DNA of 64,000 bases from Obrimoposthia wandeli (lineage: Eukaryota), in contig CDROCS010002469.1 in NCBI GenBank assembly GCA_977020255.1, forward strand, positions 62,001-126,000. The letters run 5' to 3'. The translations under genes and the position numbers were made by a program. The notes beneath the pieces are model-generated. The model worked only from the letters and a program-made list of their open reading frames with translations, was not told the origin of the DNA and made no database searches. This document shows, in pieces, positions 1 to 9,040 of the stretch; position 1 is the stretch's first letter; every line of letters starts with the position of its first letter.

Positions 1-1
1 T

Positions 2-424
2 GAAACGTTCACAGCTCTTCAACAAGGTGTTGTAGATGGTCAAGACACGCCATACACAACTATCTATGCAATGAAATTTGGTGAAGTACAGAAGTACATT
101 TCTGACCTTCATTACCTATTCTTGTTAGAGCCATTAGTTGTTTCTGAAGCTTTATTCCAAGCTCAAGACAAAGCGACTCAAGATGCAATGCTTGCAGCCG
201 GCGTAGAAGCGTCTAAGTACAGCCTTCAATGGCTAAAAGACCAAGAATCTATCATCAAGAAAGAATTGGTTGAAAAGTACAACATGGAAATCAACACTAT
301 CGAAGATGAAGCAGAATGGGCTAGCAAAGCACAAAAAGCTGTTTGGCCTAAATTCTACGAAAGCGTTGGTGGTAAAGACAAAGTTAACGCACTACTTCGC
401 TCACTGGGCCGTGCTGAAATCTAA
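2..424 (+). CDS. dctP: TRAP transporter substrate-binding protein DctP (5'-truncated by window edge)
   Basis: The frame is open from position 2: ETFTALQQGVVDGQDTPYTTIYAMKFGEVQKY, a typical DctP C-terminal motif. It is followed by dctQ and dctM. Confidence 0.9.
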   Translation, partial: ETFTALQQGVVDGQDTPYTTIYAMKFGEVQKYISDLHYLFLLEPLVVSEALFQAQDKATQDAMLAAGVEASKYSLQWLKDQESIIKKELVEKYNMEINTIEDEAEWASKAQKAVWPKFYESVGGKDKVNALLRSLGRAEI

Positions 425-484
425 AACTTAATCCTTTTGTAAGTCTATTTTACAAAGAGAATTATTTTTATTAGATTCATCACC

Positions 485-516
485 CAACTAACACACTTTA
501 TTAAGTGTGTTAGTTG
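485..516. other. Perfect 14-bp stem-loop between dctP and dctQ (likely mRNA-stabilising/attenuating hairpin)
   Basis: CAACTAACACACTT-tatt-AAGTGTGTTAGTTG. Confidence 0.6.
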
Positions 517-534
517 TTAAGCGGAGTACACGTT

Positions 535-1089
535 ATGGGAAAAAAACTCCTATTTATTTTAGACAATATAGAAAGCTATATTTGTCGCACTTTATTAGCT
601 ATTTTTGTCTGCTTATTATTTTTACAAATTCTATCTAGACAATTCTTCAGTTACTCATTTTCTTGGAATGAAGAACTTTCAGTTTACTTATTTGTATGGT
701 TTGTATTCTTTGGTGCCAGTTATGCTGCCAAACTAGCTGCTCACAACCGAGTCACCTTCCAGTTCAAAATTTTACCTAGCTTTATGCGCCCAATCCTTGA
801 GTTCATCTCGGATTTAGTTTGGATTGCTTTTAACCTTTACTTTGTTTACCTCTCCATTGACTTCATTTTCAACAAAATGTTGCCTTTTAACAAATCTCAA
901 ACCCTTGGCATTCATATGAAATACTTTTATATGGTACTGCCCATTGCGTTTACATTAATGACTATCCGCATTATTCAAGTGAACTACTACAAACTTGTTT
1001 TAGGCATTGATGTTCGTGACCCGGATACAAAAGAATTAGACGAGATAAAAGAATTAGAACTAGATCTTTCCGAAGACGATAAAAAATAA
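535..1089 (+). CDS. dctQ: TRAP transporter small permease DctQ
   Basis: Four TM segments and a WxEEL..YLFVW..FFGAS motif. GGAG RBS at 523-526 favours ATG 535 over the track start at 514. Confidence 0.9.
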   Translation: MGKKLLFILDNIESYICRTLLAIFVCLLFLQILSRQFFSYSFSWNEELSVYLFVWFVFFGASYAAKLAAHNRVTFQFKILPSFMRPILEFISDLVWIAFNLYFVYLSIDFIFNKMLPFNKSQTLGIHMKYFYMVLPIAFTLMTIRIIQVNYYKLVLGIDVRDPDTKELDEIKELELDLSEDDKK

Positions 1090-1122
1090 CAAGTAAAGCG
1101 GATTTAGCTTTAGGAGCTTTTC

Positions 1123-2466
1123 ATGGCAGAATCATCCATAGTACTTGTGCTGTTTGGAACATTCTTGTTCCTACTATTTATAGGCGCCCCCGTGACTGTG
1201 TCACTCGGCGCTGCAGCATTAGCCACTTATTTCTCTTTAGACAAAACCCCTATTGTTATGGTGCAAATGGCATTCAGATCAGTAGGTAATTTTCCATTAA
1301 TGGCACTCCCCGCTTTTATTTTAGCAGGGGCATTAATGGAAGCCGCAGGCATATCAAAGCGACTGGTCGCTGTCGCTGAAAGTTTTGCAGGCCCGTTCAC
1401 GGGCGGTATTTCTGCAGCTACCGTTCTAGCGTGTATGTTTTTTGGTGCTATTTCAGGATCGGGCCCAGCAACAACCGCCGCTGTCGGCATGTTAATGATC
1501 CCAGCAATGGTCAAACGTGGTTACGATAAAGGTTATGCTTCTGCTATTACGGCTTCTGCCGGTGGCTTAGGTATCATTATCCCGCCTTCAATCCCTATGG
1601 TAATTTACGGCATATCAGCCATAGGTTTAAGTGTACCTTTAGAAGCTGTCGCCAAATATGGTACTTTCCAAAGCGTATCTATCACTAAGATGTTTGTTGC
1701 AGGGGTAATACCTGGATTAGTCATCTCGTTAAGTTTATTAATACTTAACTATTTCCGCTGTCGTGCCTACGGCTATAAAGGTAGCGGAGCAGATTGGGAC
1801 ATGTGTGTTGTTGCTAAAGCAGTGCGCAGTGGGTTTTGGTCAATATTGGCACCCGTGGTTATTTTAGGCGGAATTTATTCAGGTTGGTTCACACCAACTG
1901 AATCAGCCATCATTGCCATTTTCTATACCTTATTTGTCGGTATCGTTATCCATAGAGAGCTCAAGCTAAAAGATATTTTCCGCTCTTTAGAAACGACTAC
2001 ATGGCTATCGGGAAGGGTGTTATTGATCCTTTTCACGGCAACAGTATTTGGCAGAATTTTGGTTCAATATCAAATTCCGGCTATCGTCGCTGAGTCCATG
2101 CTAAGTGTAACCAATAATATTTATGTTATTTGGTTCTTAATCATCGCCTTCTTGCTCTTTGTTGGTATGTTTATGGAAACACTTGCGGCAATCATGATCC
2201 TAACGCCTGTACTACTTCCTGTGACTTATAACTTAGGCATAGATCCAGTACACTTCGGTATCGTCATGATCTGCTGTTTATCAATTGGTTTTGCGACCCC
2301 CCCCTTGGGAGAAAACCTATTTGTGGCATCCGGAATATCCAATATTTCCTTGGAGGAAGTTACCGCCAAAGCATTACCTTTTGCCGGAGTCTCAGCTGTC
2401 GCTGTATTTGTCATCGCCTTTTTTCCAGAAATATCGCTCTTTCTGCCAAGGCTAGTCGGATACTGA
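1123..2466 (+). CDS. dctM: TRAP transporter large permease DctM
   Basis: ACMFFGAISGSGPAT, IIIPPSIPMVIYG and GWFTPTESA motifs; AGGAG RBS. Confidence 0.95.
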   Translation: MAESSIVLVLFGTFLFLLFIGAPVTVSLGAAALATYFSLDKTPIVMVQMAFRSVGNFPLMALPAFILAGALMEAAGISKRLVAVAESFAGPFTGGISAATVLACMFFGAISGSGPATTAAVGMLMIPAMVKRGYDKGYASAITASAGGLGIIIPPSIPMVIYGISAIGLSVPLEAVAKYGTFQSVSITKMFVAGVIPGLVISLSLLILNYFRCRAYGYKGSGADWDMCVVAKAVRSGFWSILAPVVILGGIYSGWFTPTESAIIAIFYTLFVGIVIHRELKLKDIFRSLETTTWLSGRVLLILFTATVFGRILVQYQIPAIVAESMLSVTNNIYVIWFLIIAFLLFVGMFMETLAAIMILTPVLLPVTYNLGIDPVHFGIVMICCLSIGFATPPLGENLFVASGISNISLEEVTAKALPFAGVSAVAVFVIAFFPEISLFLPRLVGY

Positions 2467-2496
2467 GGTAACTAACAGGCTAATCTAAATCTATTT

Positions 2497-2524
2497 AAAG
2501 CCAGCGTTTACGCTGGCTTTTTTG
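2497..2524 (+). terminator. Rho-independent terminator of the TRAP operon
   Basis: AAAGCCAGCGT-tt-ACGCTGGCTTT followed by a T run. Confidence 0.85.
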
Positions 2525-2534
2525 TGCCTCAGGT

Positions 2535-2685
2535 CATAGCTCTCCGATTAAAAAGTGTAAGCTCTCTAACTCATTGATTTGCGGTCTTCTAGCATAATTA
2601 ATTGGATTTTTCAGCCGAATAATACTTGTCGCTAACGTAAAATCAATGAGTTAAAGAACAACAAAAATTAAACTGGACACTAATG
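2535..2685. mobile_element. MITE-like element, copy 1 (151 bp)
   Basis: About 89% identical by hand alignment to 54249-54400. Imperfect terminal inverted repeats (CATAGCTCTCCGATTAA / AAACTGGACACTAATG), an internal perfect 14-bp IR (TAACTCATTGATTT 2567-2580 / AAATCAATGAGTTA 2640-2653), and no ORF. Confidence 0.75.
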
Positions 2686-2744
2686 AACTCAAGTATTAAC
2701 CCATTTATGTATTAAAAGCAGATACTTTTCATACACTCTAAAAG

Positions 2745-3128
2745 CTAACTGGCAGGGCGCCAAGCAGACACACCAAAATATGCAGCGACAATTGAAGTTA
2801 AAAATCCTTCAATCCAAGTAATTAAAGATTCATTGGCTTTTATCGATTCTAAGATCCCAGTGCAAGCTCCAGCTTTAGCACAAGTATTAGTGCCGTCCAT
2901 AAACGCCGCTATGAACAATAAAAACAACGATGCAACGATCGTTAGAAGCGCAATGTAAGCCATACGCCGTCTGTTATTAAACTTCTTTTGCGCATAGGCA
3001 ATTAAAGTCGCTTTATCTTCTGCAGATAAATCTGGATCTTTCGCAATTTCTATCATTTTACTTAAAGGATCTTTAGAAGATTCTGGGGCAACCGGCTCGC
3101 TATTAGGGACAACTGAATTAGTGCTCAT
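2745..3128 (-). CDS. Hypothetical 2-TM membrane protein (127 aa)
   Basis: GAGG RBS before ATG 3128 (MSTNSVV). Basic NNRRRMAY motif followed by two hydrophobic helices. Confidence 0.7.
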   Translation of the reverse strand: MSTNSVVPNSEPVAPESSKDPLSKMIEIAKDPDLSAEDKATLIAYAQKKFNNRRRMAYIALLTIVASLFLLFIAAFMDGTNTCAKAGACTGILESIKANESLITWIEGFLTSIVAAYFGVSAWRPAS

Positions 3129-3386
3129 ATGCTGATCCTCATCTATTTCTGGTATTAAAAGCAACGATTTATTATTTAGCGCATACTTATACCGCCTTAA
3201 ATTCCTAGCACTTATCATTGTACAATATATAAACAAATGAGACCAATAATGGCATTGTGCGCATAGAGAATGGCTTTAAGAAGGTAACTACACTAAATTG
3301 AAGCTATAAAAGCCATATACAGGAAGCAGAGATGTCAATTAAGGAAATAGAGGATAATTAATGGGAAAGGGTAAAACTAAGAAAGC

Positions 3387-3414
3387 AGCAATTTAAAAAT
3401 AGTTTTAAATTGCT
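3387..3414 (-). terminator. AT-rich 12-bp hairpin downstream of the small ORF at 3427-3570
   Basis: AGCAATTTAAAA-atag-TTTTAAATTGCT. Confidence 0.45.
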
Positions 3415-3426
3415 ACTTGGTGCAAA

Positions 3427-3570
3427 TTATTTAGCTTGAGTCGCTACCGCATCTTTTTGCATTTGCTGACGAATAAAACGGATACCTAATCCAGTCATGA
3501 TCACCATAGCAGCAACAATGACTAATGAGGGAGCTATCGAATAAAAATTGTATATATCAAAACCGAACAT
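3427..3570 (-). CDS. Unannotated 47-aa single-TM microprotein
   Basis: MFGFDIYNFYSIAPSLVIVAAMVIMTGLGIRFIRQQMQKDAVATQAK*. AGGAAAATAT-ATG RBS, one clean TM helix, a basic tail and a downstream hairpin. Confidence 0.65.
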   Translation of the reverse strand: MFGFDIYNFYSIAPSLVIVAAMVIMTGLGIRFIRQQMQKDAVATQAK

Positions 3571-3808
3571 ATATTTTCCTAAATAATTAAAGCTGAATAA
3601 GAAACCACCAAAATAACCAATATTTTAGATACTTTATTGATTTAGACATTAAAATTGTTCTTTAAAATACTTTTTGGCATGCTATTTTTGCGCGATACAA
3701 TAACATACTGAATATTCTTTTTCTCTAAATATCGCTTATTTGACTGCGCTTAATGCAATCACCGCTATAAACGCTTATAGTCCTTTTTCATCTTCAGGAG
3801 CCAGCACT

Positions 3809-4435
3809 TTGCAGCAGATACTTATCGATAAACACGCTTTCAAACCCAGCAAAATTATTTGTGTGGGCCGTAATTATTTAGAGCACATAAATGAGCTAAA
3901 TAATGAGATCCCTGAAAACATGGTGCTATTTTTTAAACCCAATTCTGCTATCTCACAAGAGCTTCAAGCTGAACACAGTATTAAAAATGAAGCAGAAGCG
4001 ATTCACTATGAAGCTGAAATTTGTTTTGTCTATCAAGATCAATGTTTGGGCGCAGTCGGTATCGGCTTAGATCTTACCAAACGCGGACTACAATCCAAAC
4101 TAAAAGACAAAGGCTTACCTTGGGAACGCGCCAAAGCTTTTGATGGCGCCGCCCTCTTTAGTGACTTTGTAAATATTGATGAAATCAGTGAGCAATTAGA
4201 GCTCACTTTACATATAGATGGTGAACTAACACAACATGCACATATATCACATATGATGTATAGCCCGTCACAAATTTTACAAGAAATTAAGCAGTTTGTT
4301 ACCTTAGAAGATGGGGACATTGTGATGACAGGAACACCAGCCGGCGTTGGGCAAATTAAGCGCGGCAGCCGTTTTAATTGTGAATTGAAAAATGGCGATC
4401 AATCATTAATAACGCAGCAATGGATCGCTGTTTAA
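3809..4435 (+). CDS. Fumarylacetoacetate hydrolase family protein (YcgM/FAHD1-like)
   Basis: SKIICVGRNY, HYEAEI, WERAKAFDG and GDIVMTGTPAGVG motifs. AGGAG RBS before TTG 3809. Confidence 0.9.
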   Translation: MQQILIDKHAFKPSKIICVGRNYLEHINELNNEIPENMVLFFKPNSAISQELQAEHSIKNEAEAIHYEAEICFVYQDQCLGAVGIGLDLTKRGLQSKLKDKGLPWERAKAFDGAALFSDFVNIDEISEQLELTLHIDGELTQHAHISHMMYSPSQILQEIKQFVTLEDGDIVMTGTPAGVGQIKRGSRFNCELKNGDQSLITQQWIAV

Positions 4436-4447
4436 AACCGTTTCGCA

Positions 4448-4475
4448 AGCAGCTCTATTAATTTATAGAGCTGCT
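4448..4475. terminator. Bidirectional terminator between the FAH gene and cinA
   Basis: AGCAGCTCTAT-taattt-ATAGAGCTGCT between convergent genes. Confidence 0.65.
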
Positions 4476-4561
4476 ATAATATACTCCTCTGCTTTGATCA
4501 AAGCATTTGACTAATCACATAATAAGTCTTTTTTGATCACCAAATTCAAGCAAACACATCC

Positions 4562-5881
4562 TTATAAATCAAAAACCTGTTGTTCAACTGACTTTATATA
4601 ATCATATTTCGCTATGGGTTCCTGATTCAAAATAGCTCTGCGTAACATATCCAACGCAACTGCCGCAGCTAGATCTCTGATATAAGTGCGAGAGCGATTC
4701 GCTGAAATTACTATTTTTTGAGTGTAAACCTGTTCATGTGCTTTCACAGCCAGTACTACTGTACCTACTGGAATCGCATCAGTACCGCCACTTGGCCCTG
4801 CTACTCCACTGGTTGCTAATGCATACTCACAGCTTGTGTTCGCACTTTCAGCGTCATTAGTAACCATTAAGCGAGCTGCCCCTATCGCCATTCGCGCGAC
4901 GCATTCTAATGAAACTTCAGTATGCTGTTCTATGACGGTTGAAGGCACATTCAGTATCTGCATTTTAGCTTCATTGCAATACGAGACTACCCCATGTTTT
5001 AAATAAGCTGAACTACCAGCAAAAGCAACTAATTGCGCACAAATATCGCCACCTGTTAACGATTCAGCCACCGCCAAACTATGCTTTGATTGCATCAGCA
5101 TTTCGTGAACTTGTGCCGCTAATGTATTTTTATTTTGCGCGACAACCGTATCCCCTAACAGCTTTTTGGCCTGCGTGACTGCTAACTGCATCGCCTGCTC
5201 TGTCACAGAGCGCGCAATCAGCTTTAATTCTAAATAAGGCGTATAAGAGCGATATCCCAATGTGATGCCTGCTGGCCAACTTTCACGCTCCAGCAATTCA
5301 GCCATTGGCGACTCACCCATACCTAACGTAAGTAACTTAGCCACCGCTACAGATTCTGTTTGTTCACTATGCTGCTTTACAAATGGCATAAACTGCTCTA
5401 TCACCATTTGTTCAAATTCGTGAGGGACTCCTGGCGTAAAAAACAGCCATGCTCGATTAAACTTCACTCTAAAACCGCAAGCCGTGCCTACTGGGTTATC
5501 AACAACTACAGCGCCTTGTGGTAGCAGAGCTTGCTTTAGGTTGCTTTGAGTGAGTGCTATGTTACGTTTTTCGAACCACTGCTCTAAAGTATTACGCCAT
5601 TGTTTATTTTCCTGCAACTGGACCGACATCGCTTTAGCCATCGCAAAGGAAGACAAATCATCTGCTGTTGGCCCCAAACCACCATTGACTAAAATTATGT
5701 CAGCACATAAGCTTCGCTCTTGAAAGACTTCAATAAGATCGGTCAATCGATCTCCAACAGTAGTACGACGCTGCATCTCAAACCCAGCGTCCATTAATTG
5801 ATTACCTAACCATGCGGCGTTCGTATCAACTATTTGTCCTGCGAGTACTTCCTCACCTGTACATATCATTTCAAGTATCAT
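4562..5881 (-). CDS. cinA: CinA family protein (molybdopterin-binding N-domain + PncC NMN deamidase domain)
   Basis: ICTGEEVLAGQIVDTNA, GGLGPTADD, AVAESLTGG and SGVAGP motifs. Confidence 0.9.
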   Translation of the reverse strand: MILEMICTGEEVLAGQIVDTNAAWLGNQLMDAGFEMQRRTTVGDRLTDLIEVFQERSLCADIILVNGGLGPTADDLSSFAMAKAMSVQLQENKQWRNTLEQWFEKRNIALTQSNLKQALLPQGAVVVDNPVGTACGFRVKFNRAWLFFTPGVPHEFEQMVIEQFMPFVKQHSEQTESVAVAKLLTLGMGESPMAELLERESWPAGITLGYRSYTPYLELKLIARSVTEQAMQLAVTQAKKLLGDTVVAQNKNTLAAQVHEMLMQSKHSLAVAESLTGGDICAQLVAFAGSSAYLKHGVVSYCNEAKMQILNVPSTVIEQHTEVSLECVARMAIGAARLMVTNDAESANTSCEYALATSGVAGPSGGTDAIPVGTVVLAVKAHEQVYTQKIVISANRSRTYIRDLAAAVALDMLRRAILNQEPIAKYDYIKSVEQQVFDL

Positions 5882-6256
5882 TGCGAACCTCTAAACTGTA
5901 AATTTTATGCAAGTCTAGTAGATCTATATACTCCCCGATAGCCTAATCATAGATTTTCTAAAAATTAGCTAAGTAAAGTTTTGTAAATTCAATAGCCTAC
6001 TCTCAATAATCCTCTAATATAGCTGCTTTAAAATTAATTAATACTTAGATCAATTAACCAGTATTTTGCTAAACTGGATTATCTGTACATGCAATGAAAT
6101 ATGCTCGGCTTTGATAACTATTAAAACGGCTTAAAAAAAGCCTTTCAGCCATGATAAATTTTCACAAAGCGCCTTTAGAATTGAGCACATTATTTAAACA
6201 CACAAATAGTGCAGCCTGTATTGCTTCTACTATAATTAATAAGAATTGGGCAAATA

Positions 6257-7747
6257 ATGCTAACTAAAAAGATATTATTTAAAACAAAATTGCTTAACAC
6301 CTTGTTACTTAGTCATTTCGTTTTATTGACTGCTTGCAGTAACTTAGCGCAAAACACATCGCCATCTATAGATAAAATTAGCGCGCAAACAAAAATAGCT
6401 ACCGAATTTAGTAGTACTAAAACCAATTCAAATTTAGCCGTTAATACAGAACAAAAAACCCAACTTCCTGAAAGAAAACCTAATAAAAACTATCAAGCAT
6501 TAATCAAAGATGGTTTAGGTCAGTTTTCAAACCCTGCATTAACCACTGTCATTGCACAAGCGCTACTTGAAAACTATAAGATTAAAGAACAGCAATCTAT
6601 TTTGACACAAGCAATACAACAACAAATTATTACGCAGGCTGATCAAGGTTTTAATCTTAGTTTGGCAAGCACTAATTCAGCACGCGGCATTGATAAAACT
6701 TCAACAGTAACTAAAAATTATGATCTTGCACTACAAGCTAGCTTTAATCCCGATTTATGGGGCGGTTTGAGTGCACAAACTAAAGCTGCACATTTACAAG
6801 TGGCTCAAGCCCAGGCCAATTTAGAACGCGCTAAGCAGCAACTAATTGCTGATATTACCAGCGCCTGGTACCAATTAATTTACAATCAAAAGCTCTATGC
6901 TTTAACCTTTGCGCAACAAAAAAACACACAAGAGCAACTAGCCGCTATTGAATCTGCTTATAATCAAGGTTTGATTCAATCTTTAGATGTGTATTTAGCG
7001 CGCACTAATTTAAATAATGCTCATAGTAATACAACAACAAGTCAGCAAGCATTAAGTGCAGCTTCACGTAAGCTTGAGTTATTGTTTGCAGCCTACCCTA
7101 GTGGTAAGTTGGTGCTTGATGGAGAACTTGCAAAATTAACTGATAATTTCTCGTTAGGTATTCCCACTGATTTATTACAAAACAGGTTTGATCTAAATAG
7201 CAGCTGGCTAGCTCTATTAGCGCAAAACGCCGGCGTAGCGAATCGTTATGCTGCACAATTTCCGCAATTTACTTTAACGGGAAATCTATCGCTTACCTCA
7301 ATACGCCTTGCCGATTTGTTTAAGCAAAACCTAGCATGGTCTTTATTGGCTAGTGTTAACCAAAGCATCTTTGATAACGGCAAGAACAAAGCACTTTACA
7401 AGCAGGCGCAAGCTAAATTAATTGAACGTGAACAACAATACCTACAAGCACTTCAAAGTGCATTCAGCGAAGTTGAGAATTTATTAGATGAGCAAAAATC
7501 TTTTAACAAGCAATGGTTATTAAATCAACAAGCACTTAAAAACACTGAACTTTCTTATGAACGAGTTAAAGTACAATACCGCAATGGTATCGCTAATTAC
7601 CAACAAGTATTGAGCATTCAACAACAGCTGTTTGAAAAACAAAAATCACAGTTAGGTTTTAGAATAAAGCTCATTGATAACCGTATAAATCTACTACTGG
7701 CTCTTGGTAAAAAAGAGCCACACAAAACTAAAACAGAGTCTAAATAA
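6257..7747 (+). CDS. RND efflux outer-membrane factor lipoprotein (NodT/TolC family)
   Basis: Lipobox LLTAC, PDLWG, R.DL..A and FP.FTL motifs; first gene of the OMF-MFP-RND triad. Confidence 0.85.
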   Translation: MLTKKILFKTKLLNTLLLSHFVLLTACSNLAQNTSPSIDKISAQTKIATEFSSTKTNSNLAVNTEQKTQLPERKPNKNYQALIKDGLGQFSNPALTTVIAQALLENYKIKEQQSILTQAIQQQIITQADQGFNLSLASTNSARGIDKTSTVTKNYDLALQASFNPDLWGGLSAQTKAAHLQVAQAQANLERAKQQLIADITSAWYQLIYNQKLYALTFAQQKNTQEQLAAIESAYNQGLIQSLDVYLARTNLNNAHSNTTTSQQALSAASRKLELLFAAYPSGKLVLDGELAKLTDNFSLGIPTDLLQNRFDLNSSWLALLAQNAGVANRYAAQFPQFTLTGNLSLTSIRLADLFKQNLAWSLLASVNQSIFDNGKNKALYKQAQAKLIEREQQYLQALQSAFSEVENLLDEQKSFNKQWLLNQQALKNTELSYERVKVQYRNGIANYQQVLSIQQQLFEKQKSQLGFRIKLIDNRINLLLALGKKEPHKTKTESK

Positions 7748-7750
7748 ACC

Positions 7751-8956
7751 ATGCGCTATATACTACCCATTATCATCATTTGTTTAGCTGCTGTATCAGT
7801 TTGGTATGTTAAGGGCAATGCACCCCAGCCGAAAAAGCGCCCGCCGTCTGTAGCTGCTAGCTTGAAAGTGTCAATCCACACGATTAAGGCATCTCAAGTG
7901 CAGCTCAACTTGCAAAGCTTTGGCCAAGTCAGTGCAAAAACCACCAGCATCCTCACCTCACAAGTCAGCGGTTTAGTTACATCTGTCAGTGAAGCTTTTG
8001 AAGAAGGCGCCTTTTTTAATAAAGATGATTTATTGCTGACTCTGGATAACAGAGATTTTCAAAGTGCAATAAACACTGCAAAAGCTAATTTAACACAAGC
8101 ACAGCAAGATTTAGCTTTAGAAAAAGCACAAGCCACGCAAGCAAAAGCAGACTGGAGACGCTTAAATAAAAACAAAGCTATTCCCACTCTTGTTTCTCGT
8201 ACTCCACAAGTGTTGAAAGCGAAAGCCCAAGTGTCGGCAGCTCATGCACAGTACAACCAAGCTATCTTAAACTTCAGACGCAGCAAAATCACCGCTCCCT
8301 TTACCGGCAGAATTTTAACAAAACAAGTTAGCGTTGGTGACTTTATTAATGCGAATTCTGCCCTTGCTGAGCTTATGACAACCGATGTTTTACAAGTGCG
8401 CTTAAGTCTAAAAAATAGTGATTTAGCGTTTATTAACTTACCTGAAATAAATAATCAAAAGACAATATCTTTTCCTACTGTCTCTTTTAAAGCCAATTTA
8501 ATCTCTCCACAAACTTGGACAGGTAAAATTGTAAGAACAGAAGCCAGCATCGATAGCGCTTCACAGCAACTGTTTGTTATCGGTGAAATAGAGCAACCTT
8601 TTGCGACGATTAACGCTGATAAGCATCCTTTAAAAATAGGTCAGTATGTCACGGCGAAAATCCAAGGCAAAACCCTACAAAATGCCATCAGTATCGACAT
8701 TAATAGCATTTATCAAGGTGAGTTTGTGTTTCTATTAAAGGAAAACATCATTGTGCGTCAAGACATTGATATTCTTTGGCAAGACGATAAAACAGCATTA
8801 ATCGGCAAAGGCTTAGCTGATAAAGATAAACTGATTATCAGTATATTATCGTTAGATGCACAAGGTAGCCCTGCGGTTGATATTAAAGATGCGGCCAACA
8901 AAAAAATGACTAGTATTGATAGGTCTAAAAACAACAAAGAAGCTAAGCCTGAATAA
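7751..8956 (+). CDS. RND efflux periplasmic adaptor (MFP)
   Basis: N-terminal TM, SQVSGLV, ITAPFTGRI, RTEASID and GQYVTAKI motifs. Confidence 0.9.
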   Translation: MRYILPIIIICLAAVSVWYVKGNAPQPKKRPPSVAASLKVSIHTIKASQVQLNLQSFGQVSAKTTSILTSQVSGLVTSVSEAFEEGAFFNKDDLLLTLDNRDFQSAINTAKANLTQAQQDLALEKAQATQAKADWRRLNKNKAIPTLVSRTPQVLKAKAQVSAAHAQYNQAILNFRRSKITAPFTGRILTKQVSVGDFINANSALAELMTTDVLQVRLSLKNSDLAFINLPEINNQKTISFPTVSFKANLISPQTWTGKIVRTEASIDSASQQLFVIGEIEQPFATINADKHPLKIGQYVTAKIQGKTLQNAISIDINSIYQGEFVFLLKENIIVRQDIDILWQDDKTALIGKGLADKDKLIISILSLDAQGSPAVDIKDAANKKMTSIDRSKNNKEAKPE

Positions 8957-9040
8957 ATACTATTTACTTTTACCTTTGCTTCAACTTTTATCTTAGTCGT
9001 TTAAGTATCACATTTATAATTTTAATAGTCTGGATTTACA

